DNA from: Somniosus microcephalus
Lineage: Eukaryota
Assembly (NCBI GenBank): GCA_052327205.1
Contig: CM126225.1
Span: forward strand, 6,510,001-6,574,000
Direction: 5' to 3'
DNA: 64,000 nt
In this document: positions 13,111-25,878 of the stretch, in pieces
How positions within the stretch are numbered: the stretch's first letter is position 1
Layout of the letters: every line of letters begins with the position of its first letter
Program-made: the position numbers and the translations under genes
Notes under the pieces: model-generated
What the model was told of the DNA's origin: nothing
The model's database searches: none
What the model saw: the letters and a program-made list of their open reading frames with translations, nothing else

Positions 13111-13675
13111 CTACACCGGAATTATTAACTTACCTGTTCTCCCCATAGATGCTGCCTGACCTTCTGAGTGTTTGAAGCATTTTTTATTTGGCTTCAAGTT
13201 TACAGCAGTTTCTGCAGTTTTTATTTGCCTTTTGTATGCTTTTCCTTGAATGGAGTCATGAGTAATTTTATGTCCATCTGAACTATCGGACATAGGCCTT
13301 GATATCCTGTCAGCCACAACACACCTAAGAATATTAACCTGGAAATTACATCTGATATTTGTCTATTATTTTCTTGGAGCCATTAGCTTAGTTAATAGTG
13401 TTAACATAGCTGCAATGAAAGGCTGTATGAACACGATAAGTGTTTGTATCAAATATTGCACACAAGACGATGAGAACAAACTACTTTTTGAAGCAGATCG
13501 GCATAATTGTAATGTGTCATAAAACTTCATAAAGGAAAACTGCTACAAAAACTCTTCCTGACTTCTGTCAGCTGTGGCTCAGAGTGTAGCACCCTCGCCT
13601 CTGAGTCAGAAGATTCTGCATTTAAATCCCACGCCAGAGACTTGAGCACAAAAATCCAGGCTGACAATCCCAGTG

Positions 13676-14302
13676 CAGTACTGAGGGTGTGCTGCACTGT
13701 CGGAGGGTCAGTACTGAGGGAGCGCTGCACTGTCGGAGGGACAGTACTGAGGGAGTGCTGCACTGTCGGAGGGGCAGTACTGAGGGAGCGCCGCACTGTC
13801 GGAGGGGCAGTACTGAGGGAGCGCCGCACTGTCAGAGGGGCAGTACTGAGGGAGTGCTGCACTGTCGGAGGTGCAGTACTGAGGGAGTGCTGCACTGTCG
13901 GAGGGGCAGTACTGAGGGAGTGCTGCACTGTCAGAGGGGCAGTACTGAGGGTGTGCTGCACTGTCGGAGGGGCAGTACTGAGGGAGCGCTGCACTGTCGG
14001 AGGGGCAGTACTGAGGGAGTGCTGCACTGTCGGAGGGGCAGTACTGAGGGAGCGCCGCACTGTTGGAGGGGCAGTACTGAGGGAGCGCCGCACTGTCAGA
14101 GGGGCAGTACTGAGGGAGTGCTGCACTGTCGGAGGTGCAGTACTGAGGGAGTGCTGCACTGTCGGAGGGGCAGTACTGAGGGAGTGCTGCACTGTCGGAG
14201 GGGCAGTACTGAGGGAGTGCTGCACTGTCGAAGGGGCAGTACTGAGGGAATGCTGCACTGTCAGAGGGGCAGTACTGAGGGAGTGCTGCACTGTTGGAGG
14301 TG
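13676..14302 (+). repeat. 33-bp minisatellite, 19 copies
   Basis: Unit cagtactgagggagtgctgcactgtcggagggg; 627/33 = 19. Confidence 0.95.
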
Positions 14303-14317
14303 CCGTTTTTCGGATGA

Positions 14318-15515
14318 ACCGATGAGTGGTGTACATGGACTTCCAAAAGGCGTTCGATAAAGTGCCACATAATAGGTTTACCAGCAAAGCTGAAGCCAAT
14401 GGAATAAAAGGGACAGTGGCAGCATGGATATGAAATTAGCTAAGTGACAGGAAACAGAGAGTAGAGGTGAATGGTTGTTTTTCGGACTGGAGGAAGGTAT
14501 ACAGTGGTGTTCCCCGGGTTCGGTACTAGCACCAGTGCTTTTCTATATATATAGTAATGACTTGGACTTGGGTGTACAGGGCACAATTTCAAAATTTGCA
14601 GATGACACAAAACTTGGAAGTATAGTGAACAGTGAGGAGGATAGTAATAGACTTCAAGAGCACATAGACAGGCTGGTGAAATGGGCAGGCATGTGGCAAA
14701 TGAAATTTAATGCAGAAAAGTGCGAAGTGATACATTTTGGGAGGAAGAATGAGGAGAGGCAATATAAATTAAAGGGTACAATCCTAAAGAGGGTGCATGA
14801 ACAGAGAGACCTGGGGTATATGTGCACAAATCGTTGAAGGTGGCAGGGCAGGTTGAGAAAGCGGTTAAAAAAGCATACAGGATTCTGGGCTTCATAAATA
14901 GAGGCATAGAATACAAAAGCAAGGAAGTTATGATGAATCTTTATAAAACACTGGTTCAGCCTCAACTGGAGTATTGTGTCCAATTCTGGGCACCGCACTT
15001 TAGGAAGGATGTGAAGGCCTTAGAAAGGGTGCAGAAAAGATTTACGAGAATGATTCCAGGGATGAACGACTTCAGTTACGTGGATAGACTAGAGAAGCTG
15101 GTTGTTCTCCTTAGAGCAGAGAATGTTGAGAGGAGTTTTGATAGAGGTGTTCAAAATCATGAGGGGTATAGAGAGGGTAGATAGAGAGAAACTGTTCCCA
15201 TTGGCGGAAGGGTGGAGAACCAGAGGACACAGATTTAAGGTGATTGGCAGAAAAACCAAAGGCGACATGAGGAAAAACTTAGTTACGCAGCGAATGTTTA
15301 GGATCTGGAATGCACTGCCTGAAAGGGTGGTGGAGACAGACTCAATTGTGGCTTTCAAAAGGGAATTGGATAAGTACCTGAAAGAAAAAAATTTGCAGGG
15401 CTACGGGAAAGGGCGGGGCAGTGGGACTATCTGAAGTGCTCTTGCAGAGAGCCAGCATGGGCTTGATGGGCTGAATGGCCTCCTTCTGTGCTGTAACCAT
15501 TCTATGATTCTATGA
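14318..15515 (+). mobile_element. 5'-truncated CR1 (HER1-like) LINE
   Basis: [33 protein letters not shown] motifs with frameshifts; (attctatg)n tail. Confidence 0.92.
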
Positions 15516-17098
15516 GATGTTAAACCAAGGCCCCGTCTGCTCTCTCAGGTGGATGTAAAAGATCCCATGGCACTATTTCAAAGAAGAGCAGGAGTGTTAT
15601 CCCCGGTGTCCTGGCCAATATTTATCCCTCAATCAACATCACTAAAACAGATTATCTGGTGATTATCACATTGCTGTTTGTGGGAGCTTGCTGTGCACAA
15701 TATTGCTGCTGCATTTCCTACATTACAACAGTGACTACAATTCAAAAGTACTTCATTGGCTGTAAAGTACTTTGGGATGTCCAGTGGTCGTGAAAGGCGC
15801 TGGAAAAATGCAAGTCTTTCTTTCTTTCTGATCCCAGGAGGTGAGTTAAAACTGTTAGAATATCAGTACACAATGTAAACTATTATAATGGGATAAAGAT
15901 ATATATACAGAGCTCTCAAATCCTCGGATTGCAGCCTCTTGTGAATCTCCTCCCCACCGCAACACCCCCCCCCCCACCACCACACCACCCACCCCCCACC
16001 CCCACCCACCCAATCATTTCACTCCATTAGCAGCCATGCCTTCAGTTTCCTGGGCACAGTTCTCTGGAATTTCCTCTCCTGTACCTTTCCATTTCTTCCT
16101 TCTCCTCCTTTAGGCCCCTCCTTAAAGCCTACCTAATCTTTCCATCTTTGGCTTGGTGCTAAATTTTCCTTACACCTCTCTGAAGCATATTGGTGCACAA
16201 AAAATAATTCTGGAACTGGGCTATCATCCTTCTCACACAGACACCAATGGAAACCTGGGAGCAAGTTCCAAGAGGAGTTTGTATATACAGAGCACTGAAT
16301 TACATAGAATTTACAGCACACAAATAGGCCATTTGGCCCAACTGGTCTGTACCGGTGTTTATGCTCCACATGAGCCTCCTCTCACCCTATCTCATCTCGC
16401 CCTATCAGCACAACCTTCTAATACTCAGCATTGAGTGACAAAATGGCATCTAATTGAGGGTTTCAGGTGGTTTATATATAGAATAACAGGAGTAACAGGC
16501 TGGAATCTAATATATAGGTATGGATTATAAATATATATATTTAGATATATTGATATATAGGATAATGGATTCACCTGAACTTTAGGATTAAGTTGCTGTC
16601 ATGAACTCATGGCTGGCATTTGGTATTTTCTGTAATATATACTGCTTATGTTATTAAAGTTGTTAACTTCCTATCATTATACAGAAAGTCCTGATACCGC
16701 AGTGCAATTACATTGACAGGGTATTAGATCACTATGTTAGTGATAAGATTCATGCGATTACATGTGTGTTCATAATGAGTGTCACATTTAGATGATTAAA
16801 TTATAGTTTCTTTAAATCTTTGTAAGTGTTATGCCCAGAGCTGTCACTGTTATTACCGGTTTAAAAGTCATGCCGCTGATTTATATCGTTCATTGTGGTT
16901 TTTATACTGCAGGTAGCAGTTTGATGCCAGTATTTGCTTTTGCAATATTGACCAATGGCATCCTTGCTTACTACAGCCAGCTCTGCACTACTCTGCAGTC
17001 AGGCAAAGCAGAACTCCTTGCACATAAGTTTAAACAAGCACAGAGCTCCAATCAGTGCAAATGGAATGCTGTCAAATGTACAATGTTCGTCCAGTAAA

Positions 17099-17350
17099 AA
17101 AAGGAAAGGAAGGAACCTCCATTTCCAAAACACCTTTCGCCATCTCAGGACGTCCCAAAGCACTTTACAGCCCATGAAGTACTTTTGAAATGTAGTCACT
17201 GTTTTAATGTAGGAAAGGCGCCAGCCAGTTTTGCGCACAGCAAGCTCCCACAAACAGCAATGTGATAATGACCAGATCATCTGTTTTAGTGATGTCGGTT
17301 GAGGGATAACTTGGGAGAACTCTCCTGCTCTTCTTTGAAATAGTGCCATG
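17099..17350 (-). mobile_element. Deu-SINE 3' half
   Basis: Reverse complement matches 15565-15829. Confidence 0.8.
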
Positions 17351-17790
17351 GCTCAGTGGGTAGCAATCCCATCTCTGAGTGAAAAGGCTGTGGGTTCATG
17401 GTCCCACTCCTGAGACTTGAGCCCTATAACCTAGGCTGATTATTCAGTGCAGCACTGATGGAGCACTGCCCTGTCAAAGGTGCTGTCTATTGGATGAGAC
17501 GTTAAACCAAGGCCCCATCTGCCCTCTCAGGTGGACATAAAAGACCTCAGGGCACTACTTGAAGAAGGACAGGGAGTTTCCCCCCCACTGTTCTGGCTAA
17601 TATTTATCCCTCAACCGACAAGTAATACAAATGATCTAGTCATTTATCTCATTGCTGTTTGTGGGAGCTTGCTGTGCGCAAATTTTCTGCCACATTTCCT
17701 ACATTTCAAAAGTAGTTAATTGGCTGTAAAATGCTTTTGATGCCCTGAGGTCGTGAAAGGTGCTATATAAATGCAAGTTCGTTCTTTTTA
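17349..17790 (+). mobile_element. Near-complete Deu-SINE
   Basis: A box, B-box remnant, single copy of the 33-mer region, Deu core and tail. Confidence 0.8.
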
Positions 17791-18249
17791 GTACTGGAGG
17801 GACCACAGGTTTAGACACCAGTGGCACGAAATCGTGCTGTGCAATATAAGTGTAAAGGCATGTTAATGTCTTCATATGTAATTCCCCTGTCTGCTATTGT
17901 AACAAAGACATTAATCCATCTAAAATAAAAGAGTTAAAGCCTCTGTTAGCATCGCAGAGAAGCAGAATTTCAGTCTGGTCATTTGTACAGTGTAATTTCA
18001 CACCCTTTATTTCAGTGCTTGGTTGAGAAGCCAAAGGTGAGAATGCAGGATCTATGGCAGGGGCGTCCAACCTGTAACCCGAGAGCCACATGTGGTTCCT
18101 GAGCCCTGGCAATCCAGTTCCTGAAGCCCACAAGGCCTGAATCCTATTCACAATTTATTCCTTATTGGCTGGCGTGTCTTGTTTTAATTTTGTGGACCTG
18201 GAGGTTTAGAAAAGGCTGTTCATAAAGCCAGTCTCATTGAGAAATAAAG

Positions 18250-18605
18250 ACAGGGTTTGATAGGGTAGATGCAGAGAAGATGTTTCCACTTGTGAGTGAG
18301 TCCAAAACTAGGGGCCATAAATATAAGATAATCACTAATAAATCCAATAAAGAATTCAGGAGAAACTTCTTTACCCAGAGAGTGGTGAGAATGTGGAACT
18401 CGCTACCACAGGGAGTGGTTGAGGGAAATAGCAGAGATACATTTAAGGGGAAGCTAGGTAAGTACATGAGGGAGAAAGGAATAGAAGGATATGCTGATGG
18501 GGTGAGATGAAGTAGGGTGGGAGGAGAATGGTGTGGAGCATAAACACCGGCACCAACCAGTGGGGACGAATGGCCTGTTTCTGTGCTGTAAACTCTATGT
18601 AATCC
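18250..18605 (+). mobile_element. CR1 3' fragment
   Basis: MFPLVSESKTRGH..FFTQRVVRMWNSLP; same subfamily as 25360-25676 and about 16295-16420. Confidence 0.85.
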
Positions 18606-18659
18606 TGTGTAAATCACAACACATCTGTCAGTATCAGCAACTTGAGATATATACAAGTT

Positions 18660-19667
18660 AATCAGAGCATGGGTTCAAATCAGAGCATGGGTTCAAATCA
18701 GAGAATGGGTTCAAATCAGAGAATGGGTTCAAATCAGAGCGTGGGTTCAAATCAGAGAATGGGTTCAAATCAGAGCGTGGGTTCAAATCAGAGCATGGGT
18801 TCAAATCAGAGCATGGGTTCAAATCAGAGAATGGGTTCAAATCAGAGCGTGGGTTCAAGTCAGAGAATGGGTTCAAATCAGAGCATGGGTTCAAATCAGA
18901 GCATGGGTTCAAATCAGAGCATGGGCTCAAATCAGAGCATGGGTTCAAATCAGAGAATGGGTTCAAATCAGAGCGTGGGTTCAAATCAGAGCATGTGTTC
19001 AAATCAGAGCATGTGTTCAAATCAGAGAATGGGTTCAAATCAGAGCATGGGTTCAAATCAGAGAATGGGCTCAAATCAGAGAATGGGTTCAAATCAGAGA
19101 ATGGGTTCAAATCAGAGCGTGGGTTCAAATCAGAGAATGGGTTCAAAGCAGAGCGTGGGTTCAAATCAGAGCGTGGGTTCAAATCAGAGCATGGGTTCAA
19201 ATCAGAGCGTGGGTTCAAATCAGAGAATGGGTTCAAATCAGAGCATGGGCTCAAATCAGAGCATGGGCTCAAATCAGAGCATGGGTTCAAATCAGAGCGT
19301 GGGTTCAAATCAGAGTGTGGGTTCAAATCAGAGCGTGGGTTCAAATCAGAGCGTGGGCTCAAATCAGAGCATGGGTCCAAATCAGAGCATGGGTTCAAAT
19401 CAGAGCATGGGTTCAAATCAGAGCATGGGTTCAAATCAGAGCATGGGTTCAAATCAGAGCATGGGTCCAAATCAGAGCGTGGGTTCAAATCAGAGCATTG
19501 GTTCAAATCAGAGCATTGGCTCAAATCAGAGCGTGGGTTCAAATCAGAGCGTGGGTTCAAATCAGAGCATGGGTTCAAATCAGAGCATGGGTTCAAATCA
19601 GAGCGTGGGTTCAAATCAGAGCATGGGTTCAAATCAGAGAATGGGTTCAAATCAGAGCATGGGTTCA
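18660..19667 (+). repeat. 18-bp minisatellite, 56 copies, containing a Pol III B-box
   Basis: Unit aatcagagcatgggttca; 1008/18 = 56. Runs into gggttcaaatcccaccatggcag, a SINE B-box region. Confidence 0.95.
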
Positions 19668-19808
19668 AATCCCACCATGGCAGCTTGAGAATTTGAATTC
19701 AGTCTTTCAAGAAGCCGTTCAAGAAGGCGGCCCATGACAACCTTCTCAAAGAGCAATAAATGCCGGCCTGGCCTGCGACGCCCCCATCTCGAGAATTAAT
19801 GACAAAAA
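19661..19808 (+). mobile_element. SINE remnant (B box, short body, LINE-derived tail)
   Basis: GGTTCAAATCCC then ..ccttctcaaagagcaataaatgccggcc.., similar to the reverse complement of 1780-1875 and to 7950-7990. Confidence 0.6.
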
Positions 19809-22800
19809 CTTAACATGTAGCCTTGGAGGCTTCATAGTCTGTATCTGTATGGCCCACCGATACAAAGGCGTGGACATCCTTGCTCAATTAGACTGATGTC
19901 TCAAACACAGAATCTCCCCATAACTTTGTGGATTTTTAGCCATGGCAGTGATTCAACCAGCGCAGGTCATTGCCTCATACCAAAGTAATCAGTGGCAGAT
20001 TAAACCCCACAATATGGGTTTCACATTCTTTATTCGGTAATTAACCTCTTCGGTGACATCATTAGTGCAGTATTACCAGAAATCATTTGCTGTATATTAC
20101 TGGGAAATTCTAAGCACTCTATATATTATAACGGATTACATGATATTGTCATAAATATCTGTCCCATTACTTAAGAAAGGTCGCGACATTAATTTCTCAG
20201 AAACCTAAATGCTAATCAAGAATTAGATTACATCGAGCAAATATACTTTTGGCTCGTTATCAAGAATCATCGATTGTCGAACAAAAGGCTTTATTTTTTT
20301 GGTGTTGGTTCTGGATTTCTGCCTTGCTGATAAAACCCAATAAAGCGAGTTGACTTAATCGCGGTTGGTTTTCAAGTCTCCTCTTTTACAAGTGCCTGAT
20401 GTGGTTTTAATAGTGTGTGCAGACGCCCAGGGTGCACAGCCAACAAATATGCTGCGAATCACATCTGTTTTTCTTCAAACAGGTTTTACTGAGTCCAAGC
20501 ATTTACACAGTGATAACCTTTCAACCCAACCCCTCCGAAAAGGGTTTGATTGTATTTTCACTCCGATAAAAAGAAGCAATAGGCAGAGAATAGATTTGGA
20601 ACCACACGGAAACCCGTCACAAACACAGAACACCCTCAGATACTTCGATTTTTTAAAGTCCCATTATAATTTTCCTGATTATTATATTTTTGAGGATGTG
20701 CGTGATTTGAAACACGATACAGACAGGGGTTAATGCCATGCAGAAACTGTTTATTTTATTCAATGTTTAAGGTTTATATTTCACATCACCCGTTGAAAGT
20801 TTTCCAAGGCAATCAAGGCGGAAGTCTGAAGCGAGCGCGTCAGTTTGTCATAAGCTTTATTCTTCCATATACACCTACATTAAACATTTATATATCAGCT
20901 CTTGACACTGGCTTTTTCCGGCATTAGCTGTGATTCATTTTCTGCATTCCTGCTGTCTCCGTTTATATTCATTGCGTCTCGTGTTTCGCACCTGTAAGGA
21001 CACCATCAGCGACTCATGGAAGCGCTGCCTCTTGTGATTGTGTGGATCTCTGGGTCCAGCCCTCTGCCAAGCGTTTAACAACTTGGAGCCGGTCCTGAGG
21101 TTTGAGGAAATCAAAGTGCATTTTTTCGTGCTGTGACACCCGGTGTTTACCATTAAAAGGATTCCATTTATTCCCATGTTTTTCGCACGATTTTTTAGTT
21201 TGTTTTATAAAATATTAGATTTCTTCAATGCAAAGTATTTCTTGCTCTACTTGGCTCAATCATCATCTTATAATAGATATGTTTTTTTCTTGCTTGTAGT
21301 TGGCCAATGCTGTACAGTGCTCAGGTAAACAATGTTCAGTTCAACAAATAGCAGTGAAGTAGAGAGAAAACTAAATATAGGACAACTCTAAAACCGTTCC
21401 AAAATGTTAATAACTGAACTTTGTACAGCAGAGAAACATGAACGGTTCTTTTGGCAACCATTTGCGCAGAGAATATAGTGTCGATAGACAGATAGATGAT
21501 AGCAAATGTGATATGGGCAGATAGCTATTTATGTTCATTTAAGCATTAGATAGCATAAAAAGATACAGAAATAATATATACATTATGTATATATGGGTGC
21601 ATCTATGGATAAAATAAATTATATCCATAATATTGTAGTCTGTAGTTACAGTTATCTGTAGATTATATATAAATTGTTGCCTACATATTTCTGTCTGTGC
21701 TTATGCAGACCTATATATTTATATCTATCTCTAACCATGTCAATGTTCCGTTATAATATTCAATAGTGACGATTTGGTGAGTGGTTACATAAGAAAAGTG
21801 AAATTGAAATTGACTAAAAGGATGACATCAAATGGAATTGTCACTGGCTGCCTCTTTAAAGGGGAAAGTCAGAGTGAGTCCACTTTAAGACTAACAAACG
21901 AAAAATTAGTTCCTAACTGGTGCTCCGGGATATTGTATATAAATCGCTGCTGAATATTTTTTTAAGGTTACCACTATTGGCATGATTTTTGGAAAGTCTG
22001 AGGATTTTCAAACAATTCAATGATAAACGCGGTCACCGGCTCCAATAACAGCAGCAGTGAAGTAACCTAGCTGGACCTGTAATAAATGGTAAAATAGTAA
22101 AGGTTTAATTTCTGACTGGATCCGCTGGATCTTGCGGGGGAGCTCGTTAACGACACTTACTCTACATGGGATGCATTATTTACCGAATATACACACATTC
22201 CCGTTCCATTTGGGGTGAAAGGTTGCTATCGTATTGAAAAAAGTCGAGACTATTGAAAGTGTGAAGGAATATAACAGAAATCAGCGTTCAAGTGCAGAGT
22301 TAAAGCCAAACTCGCTCCCTAGCACCGTCCCGAACTCTGGACTCAAAACATAACACATGGAATCAGAGTCACTTCTAACTTTTCCTACCGAAATGATTCG
22401 CCTTTTTAAGGCTGGCTAATTTGATATTTTTGGACTATTGTTTAAATCTTTGGCTGACAGTTTCAGTAGAATGAGGGCTATGGTGTATACAGCAAGACTT
22501 TATTCGGGATCAGAAATTAATTCTACCTTTAAACCAAAGTGAAAGTGTTAGCTGGTGAGAACTGATAGCAACACTTCAGACATTGGGTCCTGTGCGTTCC
22601 TCTGGAAGCTAATGCCCTGATTGTATAAATTGCAATGGGTTCTCAGGTTAGAATTGAAAACGAATACAAGTTTTAAGGTCGTCAGTAGGGATATTTGTGC
22701 CTGGTGTCAAACCTGAGGGAACGCTCTCCGCTTTGAGCTCCCCAATGTAACACCACAATTATATTAAATGCATGTATGTTTAAAAGGCATGCGCCTCACA

Positions 22801-25281
22801 GATGATTCACATAATGGAAATGGCACGCCCATTCCCCCATATTTCATGACTGTAATTGTTAGTTCCTGCCAGAATCCATAATTATGATTACAGAAACGAA
22901 ACTCAAAGATTCCCAAAATATTAAGCAAAAATGCATGTTAAAAATGTTCTACTGGGGTTATTATTGCCCGCTTTCTCTTAGTTCGATCACAAAAGTTGAG
23001 AATGAACTAACAATTTTGAAATTAAACCCACCAATTTTTCCACCCATTTCAATGTTCTTGTGTTCGTTTTATGATGATCTAGCAACATTTATTCACCTTC
23101 TGGTCAGTGCAGAGAGGGTTCATTCCCATTCCCAAATACATGCATAACGCAACGATTTGACTTTTAATATCTTACCTTGAAAAAGCTCTTTGATGATGGA
23201 AACCGCTGCGAGGTTTGTGCGATTTTACAATATTTCAAACTTTAACTCTGGGCAAGGCCACCTGCAACTCCAGTATTTAATTGATTATAGTTCTTCGGAG
23301 AGAGGGGCCCGTTCACTGCCCATTTCACCGTGAATGGCTTTCGATTTATATGCAGATATAGATTATTAATTTTTACATATTTATAATTCCTCGTTGCCTG
23401 CAATTCATAATCTGCAGTTCTTTCCCCTGTTGTATTCCTGGGATTGGGGTTAGTCTGTAATAGATTAAAGGGAGTCGGGTTCATGTTTTAAAAGTGGAAT
23501 GACCCGCTAATATTTCGGGGCGTTGGTTTTATCACTGCGTTTCAGTTTAAGAGTTTTGAAAATGTACCGATCGGTTTTTTAATCTAGTGAAAGGAAACAA
23601 TTACATTAAAATGAATTCACTAAAAATTGATCCCGAAATTGTTTTGTTTAACAGCCTATTTTTGGTACAGGAGTTGGTGCGAGAGATCAGGACTCTAACT
23701 TTAATATCGAATGCAAGTCTTTCTTTGCTGAGTTAAGCCAGTTTAACGCGGTGTGATTAAAGGGGATAAGGACTGCCAATTATTATTTTTATAAATGTAT
23801 CACCTGCTCTAGAAACCAATAACAGAACACAACAACGCGAGTTATATATCTGCTCATTTTGAGTGTGTATTTTTAAGATTAACCAAATGCTCCTCGTTCT
23901 CAGTTTTATTTCACGATGGGACATAAAATTCAGGATATCTTAATGGAATCCAAGACTTGCAACAAATCTGCGGAATATTTGAATTAAGTTATAATTGTGG
24001 GCGATAGGATTTCGAGGTATATTTACGGGATTTGGGCGAACATTCATGGGATGTAGTTGGTGGGATATATTTATGGAATGCGGGGTTCTGATTGTGTTGG
24101 GGATTGTGGACATTGGGATATTCTGTCGATTAAGATGCCGTAGGTGACCCCAACCCTGGCCACTCCGACCTCGGATTACCCGTTTCTGCTACCCAAGGTC
24201 CCATCACACCAGGAGGACCACCTGGAAAACAGGGGCGCGGGCCGCCGCCTTCTCTTATTTATAGTTATGATGAATGTTAGGCACTGTAATCTAGATCAAG
24301 TCAGCGTTTTAACCCGAGAGGTTTTGAATTCTGATGTGCCCTGTCAATTATTTAAGTGTGTTTATTCAAGGTATACCTGAGAACTCATTTTTAATGTGGA
24401 AAGAAGTCATCCTCGGTTCCGAGGGACTGCCTAAGAAGAAGACACTGTCGGAATTAAAACACACAGTTAGAATCGTCTGTCTAATTATTTAAACAATCCT
24501 TCACTCTCCGTTTTACACATACTGTACTAATCTAGAGAGGTTATGTAGAATTAGCTTCACATATAAAGAGATAGAAAGGAGATGTCTACCTATTTATCCA
24601 ATTCACTTTATTTACACGTGCATATTTCGGTAAATCAAGAATTTTTGATCGAGAGTAATCTATGTATGTGTCTCTTCATTTGCCAATCAACACTTAAATA
24701 AAGTTTCTTGGAGGTGAGTTTTGGAAGAGATAACAAGGTACAATGTACTGATGTGTCGCATTTCTTTTCCAGCCCAATGTTGACAGGCTGCTTTGGTCGG
24801 GAGTGTAGTGAGTCCTCCTCCTGGAGGCGTGCGTTTGTTTATGCAAGTGTGTATGCAAATAACGGCGGTGGGAGCGACCCGACTCTCTGAAGTGAGAGAT
24901 GATGATAACTCGGTTACCCTCCTCAGACAGGGAGCTGACACGCCGCATCCTCAACACAAGTTCCTGACAACGGGTGCAAGGGCTGCAGACACATCAAGGG
25001 ATTTGGTTTTCGTATCTGCAATGTAGACAGAGGCTGGAATTAAAATGAAGTAATAACTGTTCACAAAGGGATTGTGATTTAAAAAACATGAACTCTCCAC
25101 CCAAGAATAGAAGCAAATCCATGAATGGATATGTTCCACACTGCATTGCAAAGGGTGTTATCGGAAATGTCTCAATTCATATAATATATATATATATACC
25201 TAGTCGTATACTATGTATGTATGCATATATATAAATATGCATATGTATATATACTATTTTTTATTATATATCTATATACGA

Positions 25282-25676
25282 AGAGAGGTGGGAGGAGGGT
25301 CGTTTGGAGCATAAACACCGGCATAGACCAGTGGGGCCGAGTGGCCTGTTTTACATATTAGTATTTACTGCACAGAAACAGGCCATTCGGACCAACAGGT
25401 CTGTGCCGGTGTTTATGCCCCACTCGAGCCTCCTCCCACCCTACTTCATCCAACCCCATCACCATATCCTTCTATTCCTTTCTCCCTCATGTGTTTATCC
25501 AGCTTCCTCTTAAATGTATCTACACTATTCGCCTCAACTACTCCCTGTGGTAGCGAGTGCCACATTCCAACCACTCTGTGGGTAAAGAAGTTTCTCCTGA
25601 ATTCCCTATTGGATTTATTAATGACTGTCTTATATTTATGGCCCCCAGTTCTGGTCTCCCCCACAAGTGGAAACAC
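25282..25676. mobile_element. Two CR1 3' ends, tail to tail (25282-25352 plus; 25360-25676 minus)
   Basis: ORF 25446-25676 has CR1 C-terminal motifs; the two tails are mutually inverted. Confidence 0.8.
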
Positions 25677-25712
25677 GTTGTGTTGTAACGTTCTATGTAA
25701 TATATATACTAA

Positions 25713-25878
25713 NNNNNNNNNNNNNNNNNNNNNNNNNNNNNNNNNNNNNNNNNNNNNNNNNNNNNNNNNNNNNNNNNNNNNNNNNNNNNNNNNNNNNNNN
25801 NNNNNNNNNNNNNNNNNNNNNNNNNNNNNNNNNNNNNNNNNNNNNNNNNNNNNNNNNNNNNNNNNNNNNNNNNNNNNN
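25713..25878. other. Assembly gap (166 N)
   Basis: Run of N. Confidence 1.

Larger units (their letters stand above)
13568..15829 (+). mobile_element. Deu-domain SINE expanded by an internal minisatellite and split by a CR1 insertion
   Basis: Head 13568-13675, array, ...cggatga (14317), CR1, then resumes gatgttaaaccaaggcccc at about 15516 through the tail. Confidence 0.85.

Noticed and set aside
13676-14302. CRISPR-like 33-bp repeats
   Set aside because: No unique spacers, no cas genes, vertebrate DNA.
13527-14399. Mucin-like or Cys-rich repeat ORFs
   Set aside because: Same artefact from a 33-bp unit inside a SINE.
18642-19737. Long repetitive ORFs (SNQSMG, SDLNPC, FKSEHG, WVQIRA repeats)
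   Set aside because: Open in several frames on both strands simply because the 18-bp unit lacks stops. No splice or start context, and the unit is SINE-derived.
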